Below are positions 25,101 to 38,610 of a stretch of 64,000 bases of DNA, in pieces. Location of the stretch: the NCBI GenBank assembly GCA_964057225.1, contig OZ059894.1, positions 2,356,001 to 2,420,000 on the forward strand, given 5' to 3'. The notes below the pieces were generated by a model. The model made no database searches. It had not been told where the DNA came from and saw only the letters and a list, made by a program, of their open reading frames with translations. Origin of the DNA: Auanema rhodensis. Taxonomy: Eukaryota; Animalia; Nematoda. The stretch's first letter is position 1. The number at the start of each line of letters is the position of its first letter. A program made the translations under genes and the position numbers.

Positions 25101-27378
25101 GTATGTTGAGTTTCCATGTACACTCAACATAGCTTCCAAAAACATTTTGACAAAAATTTTTTCGAAAAATTTCAGAATAATTTAGCAAAAAGTAGATGTT
25201 TTTAGATTTCTTTTCTCAAGGCAAAGACGATGGACAATGTTATTCAACGAAAAAATTAATTCTTCAGGGTGAAAATCGAGGATATAAGTGTGAACTTATA
25301 TCAATTGATATCTCGGTGCATTTTTAAGCTAGCGCAAATCTGATAACACAGATCGACGCAGCTTAAAAATCCGCATCGAATGCACTATACTACATTGAGA
25401 AACGCTCAATACAAAAATTAGTTATGATCGTTTGAAAAATGATGCATTAGTGTATGTTGAGTTTCCATGTACACTCAACATTGCTTCCAAAAACATTTTG
25501 ACAAAAATTTTTTCGAAAAATTTCAAAATAATGTAGCAAAAAGTAGATGTTTTTAGATTCCTTTTTTTAAGGCAAAGACGATGGACAATGTTATTCAACG
25601 AAAAAATTAATTCTTCAGGGTGAAAATCGAGGATATAAGTAAGAACATATATCAGTTGATATCTCGGTGCATTTTTAAGCTAGCGCAAATCTGATAACAC
25701 AGACCGACGCAGCTTAAAAATCCGCATCGAATGCACTATTCTACATTGAGAAACGCTCAATACAAAAATTAGTTATGATCGTTTGAAAAATGATGCATTA
25801 GTGTATGTTGAGTTTCCATGTACAATCAACATTGCTTCCAAAAACATTTTGACAAAAATTTTTTCGAAAAATTTCAAAATAATTTAGCAAAAAGTAGATG
25901 TTTTCAGATTTTTTTTTTCAAGGCAAAGACGATGGACAATGTTATTCAACGAAAAAATTAATTCTTCAGGGTGAAAATCGAGGATATAAGTGTGAACTTA
26001 TATCAGTTGATATCTCGGTGCATTTTTAAGCTAGCGCAAATCTGATAACACAGATCGACGCAGCTTAAAAATCCGCATCGAATGCACTATACTACATTGA
26101 AAAACGCTTAATAAAAAAATTAGTTATGATCGTTTGAAAAATGATGCATTAGTGTATATTGAGTTTCCATGTACACTCAACATTGCTTCCAAAAACATTT
26201 TGACAAAAATTTTTTCGAAAAATTTCAAAATAATGTAGCAAAAAGTAGATGTTTTTAGATTCCTTTTTTTAAGGCAAAGACGATGGACAATGTTATTCAA
26301 CGAAAAAATTAATTCTTCAGGGTGAAAATCGAGGATATAAGTAAGAACATATATCAGTTGATATCTCGGTGCATTTTTAAGCTAGCGCAAATCTGATAAC
26401 ACAGACCGACGCAGCTTAAAAATCCGCATCGAATGCACTATTCTACATTGAGAAACGCTCAATACAAAAATTAGTTATGATCGTTTGAAAAATGATGCAT
26501 TAGTGTATGTTGAGTTTCCATGTACAATCAACATTGCTTCCAAAAACATTTTGACAAAAATTTTTTCGAAAAATTTCAAAATAATTTAGCAAAAAGTAGA
26601 TGTTTTTAGATTCCTTTTTTCAAGGCGAAGACGATGGACATTGTTATTCAACGAAAAAATTAATTCTTCAGGGTGAAAATCGAGGATATAAGTGTGAACT
26701 TATATCAGTTGATATCTCGGTGCATTTTTAAGCTAGCGCAAATCTGATAACACAGATCGACGCAGCTTAAAAATCCGCATCGAATGCACTATACTACATT
26801 GAGAAACGCTTAATACAAAAATTAGTTATGATCGTTTGAAAAATGATGCATTAGTGTATGTTGAGTTTCCATGTACACTCAACATTGCTTCCAAAAACAT
26901 TTTGACAAAAATTTTTTCGAAAAATTTCAAAATAATTTAGCAAAAAGTAGATGTTTTTAGATTCCTTTTTTCAAGGCAAAGACGATGGACATTGTTATTC
27001 AACGAAAAAATTAATTCTTCAGGGTGAAAATCGAGGATATAAGTGTGAACTTATATCAGTTGATATCTCGGTGCATTTTTAAGCTAGCGCAAATCTGATA
27101 ACACAGATCGACGCAGCTTAAAAATCCGCATCGAATGCACTATACTACATTGAAAAACGCTTAATAAAAAAATTAGTTATGATCGTTTGAAAAATGATGC
27201 ATTAGTGTATATTGAGTTTCCATGTACACTCAACATTGCTTCCAAAAACATTTTGACAAAAATTTTTTCGAAAAATTTCAGAATAATTTAGCAAAAAGTA
27301 GATGTTTTTAGATTCCTTTCTTCAAGGCAAAGACGATGGACATTGTTATTCAACGAAAAAATTAATTCTTCAGGGTGA

Positions 27379-30300
27379 AAATCGAGGATATAAGTAAGAA
27401 CATATATCAGTTGATATCTCGGTGCATTTTTAAGCTAGCGCAAATCTGATAACACAGATCGACGCAGCTTAAAAATCCGCATCGAATGCACTATACTACA
27501 TTGAGGAACGCTTAATACAAAAATTAGTTATGATCGTTTGAAAAATGATGCATTAGTGTATGTTGAGTTTCCATGTACACTCAACATTGCTTCCAAAAAC
27601 ATTTTGACAAAAATTTTTTCGAAAAATTTCAAAATAATTTAGCAAAAAGTAGATGTTTTTAGATTCCTTTTTTCAAGGCAAAGACGATGGACAATGTTAT
27701 TCAACGAAAAAATTAATTCTTCAGGGTGAAAATCGAGGATATAAGTGTGAACTTATATCAGTTGATATCTCGGTGCATTTTTAAGCTAGCGCAAATCTGA
27801 TAACACAGATCGACGCAGCTTAAAAATCCGCATCGAATGCACTATACTACATTGAGGAACGCTTAATACAAAAATTAGTTATGATCGTTTGAAAAATAAT
27901 GCATTAGTGTATGTTGAGTTTCCATGTACACTCAACATAGCTTCCAAAAACATTTTGACAAAAATTTTTATGAAAAATTTCAAAATAATTTAGCAAAAAG
28001 TAGATGTTTTTAGATTCCTTTTTTCAAGGCAAAGACGATGGACAATGTTATTCAACGAAAAAATTAATTCTTCAGGGTGAAAATCGAGGATATAAGTGTG
28101 AACTTATATCAGTTGATATCTCGGTGCATTTTTAAGCTAGCGCAAATCTGATAACACAGATCGACGCAGCTTGAAAATCCGCATCGAATGCACTATACTA
28201 CTTTGAGAAGCGCTTAATACAAAAATTAGTTATGATCGTTTGAAAAATGATGCATTAGTGTATGTTGAGTTTCCATGTACACTCAACATAGCTTCCAAAA
28301 ACATTTTGACAAAAATTTTTTCGAAAAATTTCAGAATAATTTAGCAAAAAGTAGATGTTTTTAGATTTCTTTTCTCAAGGCAAAGACGATGGACAATGTT
28401 ATTCAACGAAAAAATTAATTCTTCAGGGTGAAAATCGAGGATATAAGTGTGAACTTATATCAGTTGATATCTCGGTGCATTTTTAAGCTAGCGCAAATCT
28501 GATAACACAGATCGACGCAGCTTGAAAATCCGCATCGAATGCACTATACTACTTTGAGAAGCGCTTAATACAAAAATTAGTTATGATCGTTTGAAAAATG
28601 ATGCATTAGTGTATGTTGAGTTTCCATGTACACTCAACATTGCTTCCAAAAACATTTTGACAAAAGTTTTTTCGAGAAATTTCAAAATAATTTAGCAGAA
28701 AGTAGATGTTTTTAGATTCCTTTTTTCAAGGCAAAGACGATGGACATTGTTATTCAACGAAAAAAGTAATTCTTCAGGGTGAAAATCGAGGATATAATTG
28801 TGAACTTATATCAGTTGATATCTCGGTGCATTTTTAAGCTAGCGCAAATCTGATAACACAGATCGACGCAGCTTAAAAATCCGCATCGAATGCACTATAC
28901 TACATTGAGAAACGCTCAATACAAAAATTAGTTATGATCGTTTGAAAAGTGATGCATTAGTGTATGTTGAGTTTCCATGTACACTCAACATTGCTTCCAA
29001 AAACATTTTGACAAAAATTTTTTCGAAAAATTTCAAAATAATTTAGCAAAAAGTAGATGTTTTTAGATTCCTTTTTTCAAGGCAAAGACGATGGACATTG
29101 TTATTCAACGAAAAAATCAATTCTTCAGGGTGAAAATCGAGGATCTAAGTGTGAACTTATATCAGTTGATATCTCGGTGCATTTTTAAGCTAGCGCAAAT
29201 CTGATAACACAGATCGACGCAGCTTAAAAATCCGCATCGAATGCACTATACTACATTGAGAAACGCTCAATACAAAATGTAGTTATGATCGTTTGAAAAA
29301 TGATGCATTAGTGTATGTTGAGTTTCCATGTACACTCAACATTGCTTCCAAAAACATTTTGACAAAAATTTTTTCGAAAAATTTCAAAATAATTTAGCAA
29401 GAAGTAGATGTTTTTAGATTCCTTTTTTCAAGGCAAAGACGATGGACAATGTTATTCAACGAAAAAATAATTTCTTCAGGGTGAAAATCGAGGATATAAG
29501 TGTGAACTTATATCAGTTGATATCTCGGTGCATTTTTAAGCTAGCGCAAATCTGATAACACAGATCGACGCAGCTTAAAAATCCGCATCGAATGCACTAT
29601 ACTACATTGAGGAACGCTTAATACAAAAATTAGTTATGATCGTTTGAAAAATGATGCATTAGTGTATGTTGAGTTTCCATGTACACTCAACATTGCTTCC
29701 AAAAACATTTTGACAAAAATTTTTTCGAAAAATTTCAAAATAATTTAGCAAAAAGTAGATGTTTTTAGATTCCTTTTTTCAAGGCAAAGACGATGGACAA
29801 TGTTATTCAACGAAAAAATTAATTCTTCAGGGTGAAAATCGAGGATATAAGTGTGAACTTATATCAGTTGATATCTCGGTGCATTTTTAAGCTAGCGCAA
29901 ATCTGATAACACAGATCGACGCAGCTTAAAAATCCGCATCGAATGCACTATACTACATTGAGGAACGCTTAATACAAAAATTAGTTATGATCGTTTGAAA
30001 AATAATGCATTAGTGTATGTTGAGTTTCCATGTACACTCAACATAGCTTCCAAAAACATTTTGACAAAAATTTTTATGAAAAATTTCAAAATAATTTAGC
30101 AAAAAGTAGATGTTTTTAGATTCCTTTTTTCAAGGCAAAGACGATGGACAATGTTATTCAACGAAAAAATTAATTCTTCAGGGTGAAAATCGAGGATATA
30201 AGTGTGAACTTATATCAGTTGATATCTCGGTGCATTTTTAAGCTAGCGCAAATCTGATAACACAGATCGACGCAGCTTGAAAATCCGCATCGAATGCACT

Positions 30301-31590
30301 ATACTACTTTGAGAAGCGCTTAATACAAAAATTAGTTATGATCGTTTGAAAAATGATGCATTAGTGTATGTTGAGTTTCCATGTACACTCAACATAGCTT
30401 CCAAAAACATTTTGACAAAAATTTTTTCGAAAAATTTCAGAATAATTTAGCAAAAAGTAGATGTTTTTAGATTTCTTTTCTCAAGGCAAAGACGATGGAC
30501 AATGTTATTCAACGAAAAAATTAATTCTTCAGGGTGAAAATCGAGGATATAAGTGTGAACTTATATCAGTTGATATCTCGGTGCATTTTTAAGCTAGCGC
30601 AAATCTGATAACACAGATCGACGCAGCTTGAAAATCCGCATCGAATGCACTATACTACTTTGAGAAGCGCTTAATACAAAAATTAGTTATGATCGTTTGA
30701 AAAATGATGCATTAGTGTATGTTGAGTTTCCATGTACACTCAACATTGCTTCCAAAAACATTTTGACAAAAGTTTTTTCGAGAAATTTCAAAATAATTTA
30801 GCAGAAAGTAGATGTTTTTAGATTCCTTTTTTCAAGGCAAAGACGATGGACATTGTTATTCAACGAAAAAAGTAATTCTTCAGGGTGAAAATCGAGGATA
30901 TAAGTGTGAACTTATATCAGTTGATATCTCGGTGCATTTTTAAGCTAGCGCAAATCTGATAACACAGATCGACGCAGCTTAAAAATCCGCATCGAATGCA
31001 CTATACTACATTGAGGAACGCTTAATACAAAAATTAGTTATGATTGTTTGAAAAATGATGCATTAGTGTATGTTGAGTTTCCATGTACACTCAACATAGC
31101 TTCCAAAAACATTTTGACAAAAATTTTTTCGAAAAATTTCGAAATAATTTAGCAAAAAGTAGATGTTTTTAGATTCCTTTTTTCAAGGCAAAGACGATGG
31201 ACAATGTTATTCAACGAAAAAATTAATTCTTCAGGGTGAAAATCGAGGATATAAGTGTGAACTTATATCAGTTGATATCTCGGTGCATTTTTAAGCTAGC
31301 GCAAATCTGATAACACAGATCGACGCAGCTTGAAAATCCGCATCGAATGCACTATACTACATTGAGAAACGCTTAATACAAAAATTAGTTATGATTGTTT
31401 GAAAAATGATGCATTAGTGTATGTTGAGTTTCCATGTACGCTCAACATTGCTTCCAAAAACATTTTGACAAAAATTTTTTCGAAAAATTTCAAAATAATT
31501 TAGCAAAAAGTAGATGTTTTTAGATTTCTTTTCTCAAGGCAAAGACGATGGACAATGTTATTCAACGAAAAAATTAATTCTTCAGGGTGA
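27379..31590. repeat. 6-monomer periodic block (O-P-B'-G'-M'-N then O-P-B'-G'-D'-F), paralogous to 16849-19305
   Basis: The variant TTTTTATG occurs only at 17791, 27970 and 30076 (30076-27970 = 2106 = 6x351). Each is followed two monomers later by the AAAGTTTT/TCGAGAA/AAGTAA monomer. Confidence 0.85.
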
Positions 31591-34500
31591 AAATCGAGGA
31601 TATAAGTGTGAACTTATATCAGTTGATATCTCGGTGCATTTTTAAGCTAGCGCAAATCTGATAACACAGATCGACGCAGCTTGAAAATCCGCATCGAATG
31701 CACTATACTACTTTGAGAAGCGCTTAATACAAAAATTAGTTATGATCGTTTGAAAAATGATGCATTAGTGTATGTTGAGTTTCCATGTACACTCAACATT
31801 GCTTCCAAAAACATTTTGACAAAAATTTTTTCGAGAAATTTCAAAATAATTTAGCAGAAAGTAGATGTTTTTAGATTCCTTTTTTCAAGGCAAAGACGAT
31901 GGACATTGTTATTCAACGAAAAAAGTAATTATTCAGGGTGAAAATCGAGGATATAAGTGTGAACTTATATCAGTTGATATCTCGGTGCATTTTTAAGCTA
32001 GCGCAAATCTGATAACACAGATCGACGCAGCTTAAAAATCCGCATCGAATGCACTATACTATTTTGAGAAAAGCTTAATACAAAAATTAGTTATGATCGT
32101 TTGAAAAATGATGCATTAGTGTATGTTGAGTTTCCATGTACACTCAACATTGCTTCCAAAAACATTTTGACAAAAATTTTTTCGAAAAATTTCAAAATAA
32201 TTTAGCAAAAAGTAGATGTTTTTAGATTCCTTTTTTCAAGGCAAAGACGATGGACAATGTCATTCAACGAAAAAATTAATTCTTCAGGGTGAAAATCGAG
32301 GATATAAGTGTGAACTTATATCAGTTGATATCTCGGTGCATTTTTAAGCTAGCGCAAATCTGATAACACAGATCGACGCAGCTTGAAAATCCGCATCGAA
32401 TGCACTATACTACTTTGAGAAACGCTTAATACAAAAATTAGTTATGATCGTTTGAAAAATGATGCATTAGTGTATGTTGAGTTTCCATGTACACTCAACA
32501 TTGCTTCCAAAAACATTTTGACAAAAATTTTTTCGAAAAATTTCAAAATAATATAGCAAAAAGTAGATGTTTTTAGATTCCTTTTTTCAAGGCAAAGACG
32601 ATGGACAATGTTATTCAACGAAAAAATTAATTCTTCAGGGTGAAAATCGAGGATATAAGTGTGAACTTATATCAGTTGATATCTCGGTGCATTTTTAAGC
32701 TAGCGCAAATCTGATAACACAGATCGACGCAGCTTGAAAATCCGCATCGAATGCACTATACTACTTTGAGAAGCGCTTAATACAAAAATTAGTTATGATC
32801 GTTTGAAAAATGATGCATTAGTGTATGTTGAGTTTCCATGTACACTCAACATTGCTTCCAAAAACATTTTGACAAAAATTTTTTCGAAAAATTTCAGAAT
32901 AATTTAGCAAAAAGTAGATGTTTTTAGATTTATTTTCTCAAGGCAAAGACGATGGACAATGTTATTCAACGAAAAAATTAATTCTTCAGGGTGAAAATCG
33001 AGGATATAAGTGTGAACTTATATCAGTTGATATCTCGGTGCATTTTTAAGCTAGCGCAAATCTGATAACACAGATCGACGCAGCTTGAAAATCCGCATCG
33101 AATGCACTATACTACTTTGAGAAGCGCTTAATACAAAAATTAGTTATGATCGTTTGAAAAATGATGCATTAGTGTATGTTGAGTTTCCATGTACACTCAA
33201 CATTGCTTCCAAAAACATTTTGACAAAAATTTTTTCGAGAAATTTCAAAATAATTTAGCAGAAAGTAGATGTTTTTAGATTCCTTTTTTCAAGGCAAAGA
33301 CGATGGACATTGTTATTCAACGAAAAAAGTAATTATTCAGGGTGAAAATCGAGGATATAAGTGTGAACTTATATCAGTTGATATCTCGGTGCATTTTTAA
33401 GCTAGCGCAAATCTGATAACACAGATCGACGCAGCTTAAAAATCCGCATCGAATGCACTATACTACATTGAGGAACGCTTAATACAAAAATTAGTTATGA
33501 TTGTTTGAAAAATGATGCATTAGTGTATGTTGAGTTTCCATGTACACTCAACATAGCTTCCAAAAACATTTTGACAAAACTTTTTTCGAAAAATTTCGAA
33601 ATAATTTAGCGAAAAGTAGATGTTTTTAGATTCCTTTTTTCAAGACAAAGACGATGGACAATGTTATTCAACGAAAAAATTAATTCTTCAGGGTGAAAAT
33701 CGAGGATATAAGTGTGAACTTATATCAGTTGATATCTCGGTGCATTTTTAAGCTAGCGCAAATCTGATAACACAGATCGACGCAGCTTGAAAATCCGCAT
33801 CGAATGCACTATACTACATTGAGGAACGCTTAATACAAAAATTAGTTATGATTGTTTGAAAAATGATGCATTAGTGTATGTTGAGTTTCCATGTACACTC
33901 AACATTGCTTCCAAAAACATTTTGACAAAAATTTTTTCGAAAAATTTCAAAATAATTTAGCAAAAAGTAGATGTTTTTAGATTCCTTTTTTCAAGGCAAA
34001 GACGATGGACAATGTCATTCAACGAAAAAATTAATTCTTCAGGGTGAAAATCAAGGATATAAGTGTGAACTTATATCAGTGGATATCTCGGTGCATTTTT
34101 AAGCTAGCGCAAATCTGATAACACAGATCGACGCAGCTTAAAAATCCGCATCGAATGCACTATACTACTTTGAGAAGCGCTTAATACAAAAATTAGTTAT
34201 GATCGTTTGAAAAATAATGCATTAGTGTATGTTGAGTTTCCATGTACACTCAACATAGCTTCCAAAAACATTTTGACAAAAATTTTTTCGAAAAATTTCG
34301 AAATAATTTAGCGAAAAGTAGATGTTTTTAGATTCCGTTTTTCAAGACAAAGACGATGGACAATGTTATTCAACGAAAAAATTAATTCTTCAGGGTGAAA
34401 ATCGAGGATATAAGTGTGAACTTATATCAGTTGATATCTCGGTGCATTTTTAAGCTAGCGCAAATCTGATAACACAGATCGACGCAGCTTGAAAATCCGC

Positions 34501-37500
34501 ATCGAATGCACTATACTACATTGAGAAACGCTTAATACAAAAATTAGTTATGATTGTTTGAAAAATGATGCATTAGTGTATGTTGAGTTTCCATGTACGC
34601 TCAACATTGCTCCCAAAAACATTTTGACAAAAATTTTTTCGAAAAATTTCAAAATAATTTAGCAAAAAGTAGATGTTTTCAGATTCCTTTTTTCAAGGCA
34701 AAGACGATGGACAATGTTATTCAACGAAAAAATTAATTCTTCAGGGTGAAAATCGAGGATATAAGTGTGAACTTATATCAGTTGATATCTCGGTGCATTT
34801 TTAAGCTAGCGCAAATCTAATAACACAGATCGACGCAGCTTAAAAATCCGCATCGAATGCACTATACTACATTGAGGAACGCTTAATACAAAAATTAGTT
34901 ATGATCGTTTGAAAAATAATGCATTAGTGTATGTTGAGTTTCCATGTACACTCAACATAGCTTCCAAAAACATTTTGACAAAAATTTTTTCGAAAAATTT
35001 CAGAATAATTTAGCAAAAAGTAGATGTTTTTAGATTTCTTTTCTCAAGGCAAAGACGATGGACAATGTTATTCAACGAAAAAATTAATTCTTCAGGGTGA
35101 AAATCGAGGATATAAGTGTGAACTTATATCAGTTGATATCTCGGTGCATTTTTAAGCTAGCGCAAATCTGATAACACAGATCGACGCAGCTTGAAAATCC
35201 GCATCGAATGCACTATACTACTTTGAGAAGCGTTTAATACAAAAATTAGTTATGATCGTTTGAAAAATGATGCATTAGTGTATGTTGAGTTTCCATGTAC
35301 ACTCAACATTGCTTCCAAAAACATTTTGACAAAAATTTTTTCGAAAAATTTCAGAATAATTTAGCAAAAAGTAGATGTTTTTAGATTTCTTTTCTCAAGG
35401 CAAAGACGATGGACAATGTTATTCAACGAAAAAATTAATTCTTCAGGGTGAAAATCGAGGATATAAGTGTGAACTTATATCAGTTGATATCTCGGTGCAT
35501 TTTTAAGCTAGCGCAAATCTGATAACCCAGATCGACGCAGCTTAAAAATCCGCATCGAATGCACTATACTACATTGAGGAACGCTTAATACAAAAATTAG
35601 TTATGATTGTTTGAAAAATGATGCATTAGTGTATGTTGAGTTTCCATGTACACTCAACATAGCTTCCAAAAACATTTTGACAAAAATTTTTTCGAAAAAT
35701 TTCGAAATAATTTAGCGAAAAGTAGATGTTTTTAGATTCCTTTTTTCAAGACAAAGACGATGGACAATGTTATTCAACGAAAAAATTAATTCTTCAGGGT
35801 GAAAATCGAGGACATAAGTGTGAACTTATATCAGTTGATATCTCGGTGCATTTTTAAGCTAGCGCAAATCTGATAACACAGATCGACGCAGCTTGAAAAT
35901 CCGCATCGAATGCACTATACTACATTGAGAAACGCTTAATACAAAAATTAGTTATGATTGTTTGAAAAATGATGCATTAGTGTATGTTGAGTTTCCATGT
36001 ACGCTCAACATTGCTCCCAAAAACATTTTGACAAAAATTTTTTCGAAAAATTTCAAAATAATTTAGCAAAAAGTAGATGTTTTTAGATTCCTTTTTTCAA
36101 GGCAAAGACGATGGACAATGTTATTCAACGAAAAAATTAATTCTTCAGGGTGAAAATCGAGGATATAAGTGTGAACTTATATCAGTTGATATCTCGGTGC
36201 ATTTTTAAGCTAGCGCAAATCTAATAACACAGATCGACGCAGCTTAAAAATCCGCATCGAATGCACTATACTACATTGAGAAACGCTTAATACAAAAATT
36301 AGTTATGATCGTTTGAAAAATAATGCATTAGTGTATGTTGAGTTTCCATGTACACTCAACATAGCTTCCAAAAACATTTTGACAAAAATTTTTTCGAAAA
36401 ATTTCAAAATAATTTAGCGAAAAGTAGATGTTTTTAGATTCCTTTTTTCAAGGCAAAGACGATGGACAATGTTATTCAACGAAAAAATTAATTCTTCAGG
36501 GTGAAAATCGAGGATATAAGTGTGAACTTATATCAGTTGAGATCTCGGTGCATTTTTAAGCTAGCGCAAATCTGATAACACAGATCGACGCAGCTTAAAA
36601 ATCCGCATCGAATGCACTATACTACATTGAAGAACGCTTAATACAAAAATTAGTTATGATCGTTTGAAAAATAATGCATTAGTGTATGTTGAGTTTCCAT
36701 GTACACTCAACATAGCTTCCAAAAACATTTTGACAAAAATTTTTTCGAAAAATTTCAGAATAATTTAGCAAAAAGTAGATGTTTTTAGATTTCTTTTCTC
36801 AAGGCAAAGACGATGGACAATGTTATTCAACGAAAAAATTAATTCTTCAGGGTGAAAATCGAGGATATAAGTGTGAACTTATATCAATTGATATCTCGGT
36901 GCATTTTTAAGCTAGCGCAAATCTGATAACACAGATCGACGCAGCTTAAAAATCCGCATCGAATGCACTATACTACATTGAGAAACGCTCAATACAAAAA
37001 TTAGTTATGATCGTTTGAAAAATGATGCATTAGTGTATGTTGAGTTTCCATGTACACTCAACATTGCTTCCAAAAACATTTTGACAAAAATTTTTTCGGA
37101 AAATTTCAAAATAATGTAGCAAAAAGTAGATGTTTTTAGATTCCTTTTTTTAAGGCAAAGACGATGGACAATGTTATTCAACGAAAAAATTAATTCTTCA
37201 GGGTGAAAATCGAGGATATAAGTAAGAACATATATCTGTTGATATCTCGGCGCATTTTTAAGCTAGCGCAAATCTGATAACACAGACCGACGCAGCTTAA
37301 AAATCCGCATCGAATGCACTATTCTACATTGAGAAACGCTCAATACAAAAATTAGTTATGATCGTTTGAAAAATGATGCATTAGTGTATGTTGAGTTTCC
37401 ATGTACAATCAACATTGCTTCCAAAAACATTTTGACAAAAATTTTTTCGAAAAATTTCAAAATAATTTAGCAAAAAGTAGATGTTTTCAGATTTTTTTTT

Positions 37501-38610
37501 TCAAGGCAAAGACGATGGACAATGTTATTCAACGAAAAAATTAATTCTTCAGGGTGAAAATCGAGGATATAAGTGTGAACTTATATCAGTTGATATCTCG
37601 GTGCATTTTTAAGCTAGCGCAAATCTGATAACACAGATCGACGCAGCTTAAAAATCCGCATCGAATGCACTATACTACATTGAGAAACGCTTAATACAAA
37701 AATTAGTTATGATCGTTTGAAAAATGATGCATTAGTGTATGTTGAGTTTCCATGTACACTCAACATTGCTTCCAAAAACATTTTGACAAAAATTTTTTCG
37801 AAAAATTTCAAAATAATTTAGCAAAAAGTAGATGTTTTTAGATTCCTTTTTTCAAGGCAAAGACGATGGACATTGTTATTCAACGAAAAAATCAATTCTT
37901 CAGGGTGAAAATCGAGGATCTAAGTGTGAACTTATATCAGTTGATATCTCGGTGCATTTTTAAGCTAGCGCAAATCTGATAACACAGATCGACGCAGCTT
38001 AAAAATCCGCATCGAATGCACTATACTACATTGAGAAACGCTTAATACAAAAATTAGTTATGATCGTTTGAAAAATGATGCATTAGTGTATGTTGAGTTT
38101 CCATGTACACTCAACATTGCTTCCAAAAACATTTTGACAAAAATTTTTTCGAAAAATTTCAAAATAATTTAGCAAAAAGTAGATGTTTTTAGATTCCTTT
38201 TTTCAAGGCAAAGACGATGGACATTGTTATTCAACGAAAAAATCAATTCTTCAGGGTGAAAATCGAGGATCTAAGTGTGAACTTATATCAGTTGATATCT
38301 CGGTGCATTTTTAAGCTAGCGCAAATCTGATAACACAGATCGACGCAGCTTAAAAATCCGCATCGAATGCACTATACTACATTGAGAAACGCTCAATACA
38401 AAATGTAGTTATGATCGTTTGAAAAATGATGCATTAGTGTATGTTGAGTTTCCATGTACACTCAACATTGCTTCCAAAAACATTTTGACAAAAATTTTTT
38501 CGAAAAATTTCAAAATAATTTAGCAAGAAGTAAATGTTTTTAGATTCCTTTTTTCAAGGCAAAGACGATGGACAATGTTATTCAACGAAAAAATAATTTC
38601 TTCAGGGTGA

